From: Chloroflexota bacterium
Lineage (GTDB): Bacteria > Chloroflexota > UBA11872
Assembly: GCA_022826485.1 (NCBI GenBank)
Contig: JAJDUU010000052.1
Span: forward strand, 70,692 to 134,691
Reading direction: 5' to 3'
DNA: 64,000 bases
Part shown: positions 18,415 to 28,659 of the stretch, piece after piece
Position numbering within the stretch: the stretch's first letter is position 1
How the letters are laid out: every line of letters begins with the position of its first letter
Position numbers and translations under genes: made by a program
Notes under the pieces: generated by a model
Seen by the model: the letters and a program-made list of their open reading frames with translations, nothing else
The model's database searches: none
What the model was told of the DNA's origin: nothing

Positions 18415-19944
18415 ATGGGCGAAGTCAACGCTGCCGACCTGACCTGGATCCTCCCGGAGATCATCGTTGCCGGCAGCGCCATGCTGCTGCTGCTCTGGAC
18501 CGCGATCCTGCGAAACGACGATCGCTGGTGGTCGGTCAGCATCGCGCTCGGCGCCAACGCCACCGCGGGAATCGTGATGGCGCTGCGTCAACCGATCGAC
18601 GGCGGAGCGCTCGAAATCTTCAGCGGACAGCTCGTCATCGACGGCTTTTCCACCTTCTTCCGGGCGCTGTTCCTGGTCGTCGGCTCGCTCGCCGTCCTAA
18701 CCGTCGCCCAACGCTTCGAGCGGGTGCCGTTCACCGAGACGGCGGCCACGCTGCAGTTTTCGCTGAGCGGCATGCTGCTCATGGCCGGCGCCGTCGATTG
18801 GGTGACGGCCTTCATCGCGCTGGAGCTGATGGCGGTCCCGGTCTACGTGCTCACCGCCATGACCCGGTTCCGCCGAGACTCGGTCGAAGCCGCCATGAAA
18901 TACCTGGTGCTCGGGGCATTCGCCACGGCGGTGCTGGTCTACGGCATCGCCTGGACCTACGGCCTCACCGGCACCACCTACTTCCCCGAGCTTGCCGAGC
19001 GCATCATGACCGTCGGGGCCAGCCCGTGGATGCTGTTCGCCATCGGGCTGATCCTGGTTGGCTTTGGATTCAAGGTCGCGGCGGTGCCGTTCCACGCGTG
19101 GACGCCGGACGCCTATCAGGGCGCGCCCACGCCGCTGGCCGCGTTCATCTCCGTGGGACCCAAGATTGCGGCCGTGGCGCTGCTGGCGCGTGTCGTCGGG
19201 CTCGGATTCGGATTCCAGGGCCCCGCATCCGGCCCTGAAACCTCAGTGGTGCTCAGCGTGGCGCTCGCCATCGCGATCATCGCCAGCGCCACCATGATCG
19301 TCGGCAATCTGGTGGCCATCTCGCAGTCGAACATCAAGCGCATGCTGGGCTATTCGAGCATTGCGCACACCGGATACATGCTGGTCGGGCTGGCAGCGGT
19401 CACCCGGGTCGAGGCGGGCACCGGCTTCGTCTCGTTTGACTTCGTCGGCCTACCGTCGGTGCTGTACTACGGCTTGGTCTACGCGTTCATGAACTTTGGG
19501 GCGTTTGCCGTGGCGCACGTCGTGGAGTATCAGACCGGCAGCAATGAGATCTCGGCGTTTCGTGGCCTGATGCAGCGCTCGCCGGTTCCGGCAGCGGCAA
19601 TGGCGGTATTCATGCTCGGCCTGACCGGCATCCCGCCGCTGTCCGGCTTCTTCGGCAAGCTCTACATTCTTCAGGCGGCGGTCGAGTCCGATCTGGGCTG
19701 GCTCGCCATCTTGCTGGTCGTGACCTCGGTGGTATCCGCGTTCTACTACCTGCGCGTCATCGTGCAGATGTTCATGAGCGATCCTGAAGCCGAGGAGGCC
19801 TCCGACGACACGCCCTCCGCCGGCGTGGCCGACCTGCACACCGCTGTCATCACGGCGACCGCGGGCGCGACGTTGGCGCTTGGCATCGTCGGCGGGGGCA
19901 TTTTCGCCTGGGCCCAGTCGTCCGTCGCAACGGGGCTGTTCTAG
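18415..19944 (+). CDS. nuoN: NADH-quinone oxidoreductase subunit N.
   Basis: 509 aa antiporter-like subunit. It is the last gene of the operon. Confidence 0.88.
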   Translation: MGEVNAADLTWILPEIIVAGSAMLLLLWTAILRNDDRWWSVSIALGANATAGIVMALRQPIDGGALEIFSGQLVIDGFSTFFRALFLVVGSLAVLTVAQRFERVPFTETAATLQFSLSGMLLMAGAVDWVTAFIALELMAVPVYVLTAMTRFRRDSVEAAMKYLVLGAFATAVLVYGIAWTYGLTGTTYFPELAERIMTVGASPWMLFAIGLILVGFGFKVAAVPFHAWTPDAYQGAPTPLAAFISVGPKIAAVALLARVVGLGFGFQGPASGPETSVVLSVALAIAIIASATMIVGNLVAISQSNIKRMLGYSSIAHTGYMLVGLAAVTRVEAGTGFVSFDFVGLPSVLYYGLVYAFMNFGAFAVAHVVEYQTGSNEISAFRGLMQRSPVPAAAMAVFMLGLTGIPPLSGFFGKLYILQAAVESDLGWLAILLVVTSVVSAFYYLRVIVQMFMSDPEAEEASDDTPSAGVADLHTAVITATAGATLALGIVGGGIFAWAQSSVATGLF

Positions 19945-19956
19945 GCGCTTCGTTCC

Positions 19957-21291
19957 TCAGTCGGCCGCCAGGTCGACACACGCCGCATCGACCCGATCCA
20001 GCGTTTCGTCGATGACTTCCGCGTCGTGCGCCGCCCCGAATCCATGGTGGCCGACCACCACGTCGTACACGTGAAAGTAGACCCCGCGCGCGTAGCACGC
20101 CCGCGCAAAGCGCTTGAGGGTGTCGGAGTCGTGCCCGGCAATGTCCTGATAGGCGCGGGGCTCGACGTCGGGGTCGAGTCCGAAATAGAGCGCGAATCGG
20201 GGCCCCACGCCCTGTACGCGGCAGCGAATGTCCCGGTGCTCGAATATTTCCCGCAGCCCGCTGTAGAACCGCTCGGACATCGACATCAGACCCGTTTCGC
20301 CGTCATAGACGCCGGGTGACTCCAGCGCATCGAGCGTGGCCAGCGCGGCCAGGACGCCGAAGATGTGGCCGGAGTACGTCCCGCTGTGCGCCGATTGGCC
20401 CAGCGGCGCCAGTCCCGACATCACCTCGCGCCGACCGGCGATGACCGCCAGGGGCACGCCGTTCGCGACGGCCTTGCCAAGCAGCGTCACGTCGGGCGTG
20501 ACGCCGTAGAAGCCCTGCGCGCAGTCGGTGCCGGTGCGGAAACCCGACAACACTTCGTCGAAGATCAGCACGCTCCCGTGGTCGCGCGTGATTTCGCGAA
20601 CCGCTCGCAGGTAGTCGCTATCCGCCAGCAGCGCGCCGGCGTTGTAGTTGATCGGCTCCATGATCACCGCGGCGATGTCCGAGCCGTGGCGCTCGAAGGC
20701 CCGGCTCAGGGCCGCCAGGTCGTTCCACGGCGCCACGAGCACCGCGTCGGCGAACGCCGGTGGGATGCCTGCGGAGTCCGCCGATGTCGCCACCATCTCA
20801 CCGGGCGTGACGCTGCGAGGCTCGGGATGCGTGTTGTAGAGCACGTGCTCATGAATGCCGTGGAAGTGCCCCTCGAACTTGAGGATCTTGGTACGTCCCG
20901 TGTGCGCCCGAGCCAATCGGATCGCCGCCATCGTGGCTTCGGATCCCGAGTTGGCGAAGCGCACCATCTCAGCGGACGGCACCAGGCCCACCAGGCGACG
21001 CGCCAGCCGCTCCTGGTAGACCGTCTCGGGTCCGTGGATGATGCCCATGTCGAGCGCCTGCTCGATTGCCGCGCGCACGCCGGCGTGGTCATATCCGAGG
21101 ATGACGGAGCCGAAGCCGGAGAAGTAGTCCAGATACCGGCGTCCGTCCGGCGCAATGATGTAGGGGCCGTCCCCGCTGGCCGCGAGCATGGCCTGGCCCA
21201 GCGCCGCATTCTCACGCGCGGCTCCCGAGATTCCGGCCGGCAGGACCTCGCGCGCCGCTGCGAAGTGGGCGGCTGAATCAGTCTGTGTCAT
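19957..21291 (-). CDS. Class III PLP aminotransferase (glutamate-1-semialdehyde 2,1-aminomutase-like).
   Basis: 444 aa. HemL-like N-terminus (LPAGISGAAR...), a GSEATMAAIRLAR region and FDEV...G near a putative PLP lysine. It is convergent with nuoN, with only 12 nt between the two stop codons. Confidence 0.7.
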   Translation of the reverse strand: MTQTDSAAHFAAAREVLPAGISGAARENAALGQAMLAASGDGPYIIAPDGRRYLDYFSGFGSVILGYDHAGVRAAIEQALDMGIIHGPETVYQERLARRLVGLVPSAEMVRFANSGSEATMAAIRLARAHTGRTKILKFEGHFHGIHEHVLYNTHPEPRSVTPGEMVATSADSAGIPPAFADAVLVAPWNDLAALSRAFERHGSDIAAVIMEPINYNAGALLADSDYLRAVREITRDHGSVLIFDEVLSGFRTGTDCAQGFYGVTPDVTLLGKAVANGVPLAVIAGRREVMSGLAPLGQSAHSGTYSGHIFGVLAALATLDALESPGVYDGETGLMSMSERFYSGLREIFEHRDIRCRVQGVGPRFALYFGLDPDVEPRAYQDIAGHDSDTLKRFARACYARGVYFHVYDVVVGHHGFGAAHDAEVIDETLDRVDAACVDLAAD

Positions 21292-21445
21292 GGGCTTGCT
21301 TCCGACATCACAACCTCACGTCGCCGGCGACGATGGTACCCGCGCCAAAGGCGCCACGAGCTTGCCAGTCCATCGCGAGATGGCAGAAAGGCGCGAATGG
21401 ACCGCCAACGCTCACCTCAGCGACTGCCGCCGATCCGCGGACGCC

Positions 21446-21685
21446 TTAGCTCGACTCGACGTTCGTCTCGATGTAGTCCAGCGCGTCCTTGACGGAGACG
21501 ATCTTCTGGGCGTCCTCGTCCGGAATCGTGATGTCGTATTCGTCCTCGAGCGCCATGATCAGCTCGACCTGGTCCAGCGAGTCGGCGTTGAGGTCCTCGA
21601 CAAACTTCGACTCCTGCGCGATGTCCTCGGCGGGAATATCAAGCTTGTCCGCAATTACGGCCACTACCCGTTCAAACGTCCCCAC
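21446..21685 (-). CDS. acpP: Acyl carrier protein.
   Basis: 79 aa. Carries the phosphopantetheine attachment motif DLNADSLDQVELIMALEDEYD. Confidence 0.85.
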   Translation of the reverse strand: MGTFERVVAVIADKLDIPAEDIAQESKFVEDLNADSLDQVELIMALEDEYDITIPDEDAQKIVSVKDALDYIETNVESS

Positions 21686-21688
21686 GCC

Positions 21689-22306
21689 TTACCTCTCTCC
21701 GTGTAGCCCGGCACTGCTCGCGATAGTCGCCGCGATGGCGGCCTTTATGGCGTCGTACCAGATGAAGATCCCGGCGCCATTGAGCCAGGCCAGCCCCCAA
21801 GGATTGGACTTGTCAGTGGCGAGCAGATAGTACAGGGCAAGGTGGTTGACGCCAAAGATGTAGATGATCGGGATTCCCGCCAGCGCCGCCGGCAACTCGA
21901 CTTTGGCGAGCCGCTCGATCACCCCCTGGCTACCGTCGGATCGGGCCTCGAATCGCCGACGAAGGTATTGGGCGGTCAGACCCACCACCACCGCCGCGAT
22001 GACAAACCCGTAGATATAGCCGGCTGACGGCGAGAAGAAATAGGCCGGCCCGCCGCCGCGAGCGAATATGGGCGCTCCGGCAAAGCCGATGATCGCGTAG
22101 AGCCCCATGGAAGCGCCTGCGCGCCACGGGCCAAGCAGCAACCCGGCCAGCAGCACCATCAGCACCTGCAGGGTGTATGGAACGGGTTCGGCCTCGACCT
22201 TGGCGTGCGCCGCCGGCCACATCATCACCGTGAACGCGCCGATCAGCAGAGCATCCGACACCACGATGGACGGGCGGCGGCGCACAGCGGCAATCACGGT
22301 GGACAT
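21689..22306 (-). CDS. bioY: Biotin transporter BioY (ECF S-component).
   Basis: 205 aa with about six transmembrane helices. Carries the BioY-like G-rich region (GFAGAPIFARGGGPAYFFSPSAGYIYGF). Confidence 0.72.
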   Translation of the reverse strand: MSTVIAAVRRRPSIVVSDALLIGAFTVMMWPAAHAKVEAEPVPYTLQVLMVLLAGLLLGPWRAGASMGLYAIIGFAGAPIFARGGGPAYFFSPSAGYIYGFVIAAVVVGLTAQYLRRRFEARSDGSQGVIERLAKVELPAALAGIPIIYIFGVNHLALYYLLATDKSNPWGLAWLNGAGIFIWYDAIKAAIAATIASSAGLHGER

Positions 22307-22309
22307 GGC

Positions 22310-22753
22310 CTAAGGATACCCACCCTGAACTGCGTCTTCGGCGTCCACGCGGAGCAGCGGCTGACCGGCGGCCACGCCGTCGCCGCTGCGCACCAGAATG
22401 CGCGCCACACGCCCGTCGACATCGGACAGCACTTCGTTGAACACCTTCATCGCCTCGACGAGTCCTACCAAGTCGCCCTCGCGGATTTGCTGGCCCACTT
22501 GCACGAAGGCCGGATCGCCGGGCTTGGGCGTGGCGAAGAACGTGCCGGCGAGCGGTGCACGCACCAGGTGACCGGGTGGCTCGTCCGGCTTGGCGGCTGC
22601 TGCCGGAGCGCCAGTTGGGACCTGCGTGGACGCCATGCCGGCTCGCCTGAGCCTGACACGTTCCGAGCCGATGCGAATCTCAAGCTCGGCGAGATCGAGA
22701 TCGCGCATCGCATCGAGCACGGCCGCCACGCGCTGCCGAACGTTGGCCTTCAC
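22310..22753 (-). CDS. accB: Acetyl-CoA carboxylase biotin carboxyl carrier protein.
   Basis: 147 aa. The C-terminal biotinyl domain has the EAMKVFNE motif, with a Pro/Ala linker upstream. Confidence 0.8.
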   Translation of the reverse strand: MKANVRQRVAAVLDAMRDLDLAELEIRIGSERVRLRRAGMASTQVPTGAPAAAAKPDEPPGHLVRAPLAGTFFATPKPGDPAFVQVGQQIREGDLVGLVEAMKVFNEVLSDVDGRVARILVRSGDGVAAGQPLLRVDAEDAVQGGYP

Positions 22754-22769
22754 CCCGCGCCGCGCACCC

Positions 22770-24032
22770 TTAGCCGGCGTTTGACCCGACGATGAGGGCG
22801 GCGTTCTGGCCCCCGAATCCGAAGCTATTCGACATCACCCGACGGAGTGGTAGCTCCCGAGCCTGGTTGGGGACATAGTCCAGATCGCAGTCCGGGTCCG
22901 GGATCTCATAGTTGATCGTCGGAGGCGCCACGTTATCTCGCAGTGCCTGAAGGCACAGAATGAGCTCCACGGACCCCGCGGCTCCAATCAGGTGTCCCAT
23001 CATCGATTTGGTGGAGCTGATGGGAACATCCATCGCCCCATTGCTGAACACGCCCTTGAGAGCCTGAGTTTCGGCGGCGTCACCCTGTTCAGTGGCGGTG
23101 CCGTGGGCGTTGACGTAGTCGATGTCGGAGCTGTCCAGCCGCGCGTTCCGCAGGGCGTTCTCCATGGCGAGACGTGCGCCGCGGCCATCGGCGGGCGGCT
23201 GGGTCATGTGGAACGCGTCGGCAGACGCGCCATAGCCCAACAGCTCGCCGCAGATCTCGGCCCCGCGTGCCTCGGCATGGGCATACGATTCCAGAATCAC
23301 GACGCCGGCGCCCTCCGCGGCGACAAAGCCATCCCGCTCCCGATCGAATGGACGCGAGGCACGTTCCGGCTCATCGTTTCGGGTGGACAACGCGCGACCC
23401 GCGCAAAAGCCGGCCAGACCTATGGGCGAGATGGCTCCTTCCGTGCCGCCCGCCAGCATCGCGTCCGCCTCACCGCGTCTGATCACCTCGGCGGCTTCGC
23501 CAATGGAGTGCGCGCCCGTCGCGCAGGCGGAGACCACGGCCAGATTGGGTCCCTCGATGCCGTACTCCATCGAAACCATCCCCGCGGCCATGTTCCCGAT
23601 GATGAGCGGGATAAGGAACGGGCTAATGCGGGACGGGCCGCGCTCGCGCAGCACATCGGTTTGGTTCTGGAGGAACACCAATCCGCCGATGCCGGTGCCG
23701 ATGTAAACCCCGACGCGGTGGCGGTTGGCATCGGTGATCTCGAGCCCCGAATGTTCGAGCGCCGCCCGCGACGCTTCCAGCGCAAATTGCGTGAAACGAT
23801 CCGTTCGCCGGGCGTGCTTGCGTCCGAGCTTCGCCTTGGGGTCCCACGGGGTGACTTCGCCCGCGATCTGCGACGTAAAGGCCGCCGGATCGAACGCCGT
23901 GATCCGCCCGATGCCGCTTTCTCCGCTCAGAACGGCGCGCCACGTATCGTCGGCGTTGTCCGCCAGTGGGGTCACCGCCCCATAGCCTGTAACAACGACT
24001 CGATCGTGCATGGAGTTCCGTGCTGCTGCCAT
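22770..24032 (-). CDS. fabF: 3-oxoacyl-ACP synthase II. The likely real start is the internal Met at about 24011.
   Basis: KAS-II family with an active-site Cys context (AVVSACATGAHSIG) and the HGTATEQGD / NSFGFGGQN motifs. Confidence 0.9.
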   Translation of the reverse strand: MAAARNSMHDRVVVTGYGAVTPLADNADDTWRAVLSGESGIGRITAFDPAAFTSQIAGEVTPWDPKAKLGRKHARRTDRFTQFALEASRAALEHSGLEITDANRHRVGVYIGTGIGGLVFLQNQTDVLRERGPSRISPFLIPLIIGNMAAGMVSMEYGIEGPNLAVVSACATGAHSIGEAAEVIRRGEADAMLAGGTEGAISPIGLAGFCAGRALSTRNDEPERASRPFDRERDGFVAAEGAGVVILESYAHAEARGAEICGELLGYGASADAFHMTQPPADGRGARLAMENALRNARLDSSDIDYVNAHGTATEQGDAAETQALKGVFSNGAMDVPISSTKSMMGHLIGAAGSVELILCLQALRDNVAPPTINYEIPDPDCDLDYVPNQARELPLRRVMSNSFGFGGQNAALIVGSNAG

Positions 24033-24199
24033 GAGGGCCGGCGCAAGCGTGGGATGAGCGCCGCCATGAGTATATCGCGGGGCGGGTGCTCGGACCGTCC
24101 GGCCCTACCGTCGCCACTGGTCGAACAAGATTGAGCTTCGCGCTATTCTGCGACCCGGGCCGCCACGGCGGCCGCTTTCTATCTAAGGCGAGAGGACGC

Positions 24200-25248
<1,049 letters not shown>

Positions 25249-25252
<4 letters not shown>

Positions 25253-26448
25253 TCCGCCAGCGCCGCTTCCAGCCCCCGCACGAGTCGACGCGTGCCTTCT
25301 CGAATCTGGTCCTCGGGCAGATAGCTATATGCCAGCCGAATGTCGCGCCGACGCGCGCCGTCGGCGAAGCAGTGGTGGCCCGCCAGGTAGGTGACGCCGT
25401 GATCCTCGACCGTGCCGCGAATGGCCTCGCTGTCCACGCCGTCGGGCAACGTCATCCAGACGAAGAATCCACCCACCGGACGAGTCCAGGTGCAGCCGAG
25501 ACGCGCCAGCGGCTCCAACTCTTCGAGCATGGCATCGCGCCGGTCGCGGTAAAGCGTCCGCAACGCCGGCACACGTTCGGCCAAGGCGCCGCCGCCCAGG
25601 TATTCCGCCGCCGCCCAGGCCGCGAACGGACTGCTTGCACTGTCAGCCTTCAAGCTACACATCGTCGCCACATCTTCCGGATCGGCCAGAGCCCAGCCCA
25701 AGCGCATGCCGCCGGCGACGAGCTTCGAAAAGGTGCCCATCTTGATGACCCGTTCAGGTCCGGCCAGCTCATACAACGCCGGCGGACGCTCACCCTCGAA
25801 GATTAGATCGCCATAGGCGTCGTCTTCGAGCATGACCAGGTCGAGCCGCTCCGCGACGGCGGCGAGATCCCGCCGCCGGACATCCGAGGCATTCGTGCCG
25901 ATCGGATTGTGGACCGTGGGCATGGTGTAGACGACGTTGGCGTCGATTCCGCCCGCTCGCAAGCGCCGCACCGTGCCTTCGAGCGCATCCGGGTCGATGC
26001 CCTCCGCATCTGCCGGAATCCCAACAATCTCCAGGCCGAGACCGCGCAGAAACCAAAGCGCGCCAATGAACGTGGGCGACTCGACCAGAATGGTCCCGCC
26101 GGCCGGCACCAGCAAGCGCGCCGTGAGCACAATGGCCTGCGACGCGCCGCTCGTGATGAGCACGTTCTCCGGGCCCACCGGCAATCCCTCCGTAGCACGC
26201 ACCCAACTCGCGACAAATTCACGCAGCGGCTCAGGGCCGGAGACGGGGCCATACTGCAGCGCGTCGGCATTTCGCCGCGCCATGAGGTCGCCGGTCACCC
26301 GTCCAAGGTCGTCGTAAGGAAAGGTCGCGGCGTCCGGGAACCCGAAGGCCAGGCTCAGCACTCCGGGCCGCTGCATCGACCAGTTCGGCCGCAGCGGATT
26401 CTGCTCCATGGCCTGGGCAACCGGACTGTGAAAGCGGCTAAGGCTCAT
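25249..26448 (-). CDS. Class I/II-fold PLP-dependent aminotransferase.
   Basis: 399 aa. Typical fold markers (YGPVSGPEPLREFV...SKLVAGGMRLGW with a Lys-containing SK motif). Its stop overlaps the fabH stop by 4 nt; the two are convergent. Confidence 0.7.
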
Positions 26449-26517
26449 CCGGTGATCGTATCAGCGCGAGCGCGCCATGCTCGGTACCATCCGCAGACAG
26501 GCCCCCGGGACACCCAG

Positions 26518-27048
26518 ATGGTCTCGCAGCGACTTTGGAGCCCGTGGCGATTGGAGTATGTGGCAACGGCGGCCGACACGACGGCGGAATGCCCGTTTTG
26601 CACCGACCGCCAGACCGCGGCGGGACATCCAGAGCTCATCGTCAAGGCCGGGAGGCTCGCCTACGCCACCCTCAACCTGTTTCCCTACAACAACGGGCAC
26701 CTCATGGTGCTGCCCTACCGCCACGTGGCGGACATCGTTGACTTGAGCCCCGAAGAAGCCGCCGACCTGATGCACCTGCTCACGCAGGGCCGGAGAGCGC
26801 TGGGCGATGCCCTGGGACCCGATGCGTTCAACGTGGGCATGAACCTCGGCCGCGCCGCGGGCGCCGGCATCCCCGCGCACTTGCACTTTCACCTCGTGCC
26901 CCGCTGGGAGGGCGACACCAGCTTCATGGCCGTGACCGCCGACACGAAAGTCCTGCCCGAGACGCTGGACCAAACGAAGCGCCGCCTCGTCGAGGCGTGG
27001 CCGCCGGACGAAGAATCGCCGTCGGTTACGCCGCCGGGCGCAGGCTGA
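26518..27048 (+). CDS. HIT family hydrolase.
   Basis: Carries the histidine triad HLHFHLVPR, and CPFC upstream. The start is chosen at MVSQRLWSPWRL inside a longer ORF. Confidence 0.8.
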   Translation: MVSQRLWSPWRLEYVATAADTTAECPFCTDRQTAAGHPELIVKAGRLAYATLNLFPYNNGHLMVLPYRHVADIVDLSPEEAADLMHLLTQGRRALGDALGPDAFNVGMNLGRAAGAGIPAHLHFHLVPRWEGDTSFMAVTADTKVLPETLDQTKRRLVEAWPPDEESPSVTPPGAG

Positions 27049-27697
27049 TGCGTTCCGGCGCCGGCTCGAAGCCGGGCGCGGCGCCGGGCAGCACGCCAAA
27101 CTTGCCCACCGGCCAATACACCAGCCAGACCTTTCCGACGATCGACGCCTCCGGCACGATGCCGAAGCTCCGCGAATCGATGCTCTGGCTGCGATTGTCA
27201 CCAAGGACGAAATACGCCTGATCGGGAACGACCAGGCTGCGGCCCGCCCGGGTGCCTGTGACGCCGGCGAAGTACTCGTTTTCGTCGAGCCGGCGCCCGT
27301 CCACATACACCCCGCCGTCGTGGAACTCCACGGTTTCGTTGGGCAGCCCGATGATGCGCTTCACCAGGTCTTCGTCGGGCTTGGCCGGGGATCGAAACAC
27401 GACCACGTCCCCACGGTCCGGCGTCGCGGCGACGTAGGCCAGCTTGTTGACGAGGAGAAACTCGCCATTCTCCAACGCGGGAACCATGCTGCCGCCGTCT
27501 ACGCGAAAGTTCTGCACCACCATGCGCGTGCCAAAGAAGATGAGCAGTGCCAGGAGCACCGTTTCCGTGATCTCGAGCAAGACACTGCTATTGCGCCGCA
27601 GCACAGCCGGAGCCATTCCCCATGAGAAGGACGGCCCCAACCGGGCACGCCCGACACGAGTATAGGCAGCGGCTCGCCGCGAGCGGGACACCGGCAA
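27026..27697 (-). CDS. lepB: Signal peptidase I.
   Basis: Has box B (GGSMVPAL) and box E (GDNRSQSIDSR). The start may be the internal Met (MAPAVLRR). It is convergent with the HIT gene and overlaps it by 23 nt. Confidence 0.8.
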   Translation of the reverse strand: MPVSRSRRAAAYTRVGRARLGPSFSWGMAPAVLRRNSSVLLEITETVLLALLIFFGTRMVVQNFRVDGGSMVPALENGEFLLVNKLAYVAATPDRGDVVVFRSPAKPDEDLVKRIIGLPNETVEFHDGGVYVDGRRLDENEYFAGVTGTRAGRSLVVPDQAYFVLGDNRSQSIDSRSFGIVPEASIVGKVWLVYWPVGKFGVLPGAAPGFEPAPERISLRPAA

Positions 27698-27710
27698 CGA
27701 GATCGCGGCC

Positions 27711-28658
27711 GTGAGCGCCGCCTCGCATCGCGTTGTTGTTCCGCCGTCCGCGACCGGTCGCCGCCTGGACCGTTATGTGGCCGACGTCGCGCCGGCGTTG
27801 AGCCGGTCGCAAGCCGCACGGCTGATCCAGTCAGGGCGCGTCCTGGTCAACGACCAGCCGCGGGATCCCGACTTTCGCGTGACGCCCGGCGACTGCGTCG
27901 TGGTGGCCGTCTCCGAGACCCGCGACACGCTGGCGCCAGATCCCCGCCCCTTGTGCCGGTTGCTCGAAACGCCGGATCTGGTCGTGATCGACAAGCCATG
28001 CGGGCTGGTCATGCATCCCGGAGCGGGCGATGAGCAGGCAACCCTCGCGCATCGGCTTGTCGCTCACTACCCGGAGTTGGCCCACGTGGGCCATCCGCGT
28101 CGCCCGGGCATCGTCCATCGACTGGACCGGGAGACGTCGGGGGTCGTACTGATCGCACGGACGGCGACCGCCTATCAGGCGCTCCAACAGGCGTTCGAGC
28201 ACCGGACGGTGAAGAAGCGCTATCTCGCCGCCGTTCACGGCCGGCCGGCAGTCTCCGCTGCCGAGATCGACGCCCCCATCGGCCGCCACCCGACCCGACG
28301 CACCCATATGGCCGTCACCCGGTCCGGGCGCGCGGCCCATACCTCCTATGCCGTGCTTGCGGCGAGCGCCGCCGCGGCGCTGCTCGAGGTTCGTCCGCAC
28401 ACGGGCCGGACGCACCAGATTCGGGTCCACCTGGCGTCCATCGGCCATCCGGTGCTGGGCGATCCGCGCTACGGACCGCAGCCGCCGTCGGCCAATCGCC
28501 TCCTGCTGCATGCGTGGACGCTGGAGTTCACGGATCCGGCGGGCGACCGGTGGCGGGTCGCCGCCGCGCCGCCCGCAGACATGCAGCGTGAGCTTCGCGA
28601 GCACAGTCTCGAGCTGCCGCCCACGCCGACCACCACACGGCTGTCGACGGCGAGCTGA
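27711..28658 (+). CDS. RluA-family 23S rRNA pseudouridine synthase (RluD-like).
   Basis: Has an S4-like N-terminus and the catalytic motif HRLDRETSGVVLIA. Confidence 0.8.
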   Translation: MSAASHRVVVPPSATGRRLDRYVADVAPALSRSQAARLIQSGRVLVNDQPRDPDFRVTPGDCVVVAVSETRDTLAPDPRPLCRLLETPDLVVIDKPCGLVMHPGAGDEQATLAHRLVAHYPELAHVGHPRRPGIVHRLDRETSGVVLIARTATAYQALQQAFEHRTVKKRYLAAVHGRPAVSAAEIDAPIGRHPTRRTHMAVTRSGRAAHTSYAVLAASAAAALLEVRPHTGRTHQIRVHLASIGHPVLGDPRYGPQPPSANRLLLHAWTLEFTDPAGDRWRVAAAPPADMQRELREHSLELPPTPTTTRLSTAS

Positions 28659-28659
28659 A

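Noticed and set aside
24086-24199. A 38-codon N-terminal extension of fabH.
   Set aside because: The conserved FabH N-terminus begins at MSATIVGWG, which has a good GAGAGGA ribosome-binding site. The extension would cover the fabF/fabH divergent promoter region.
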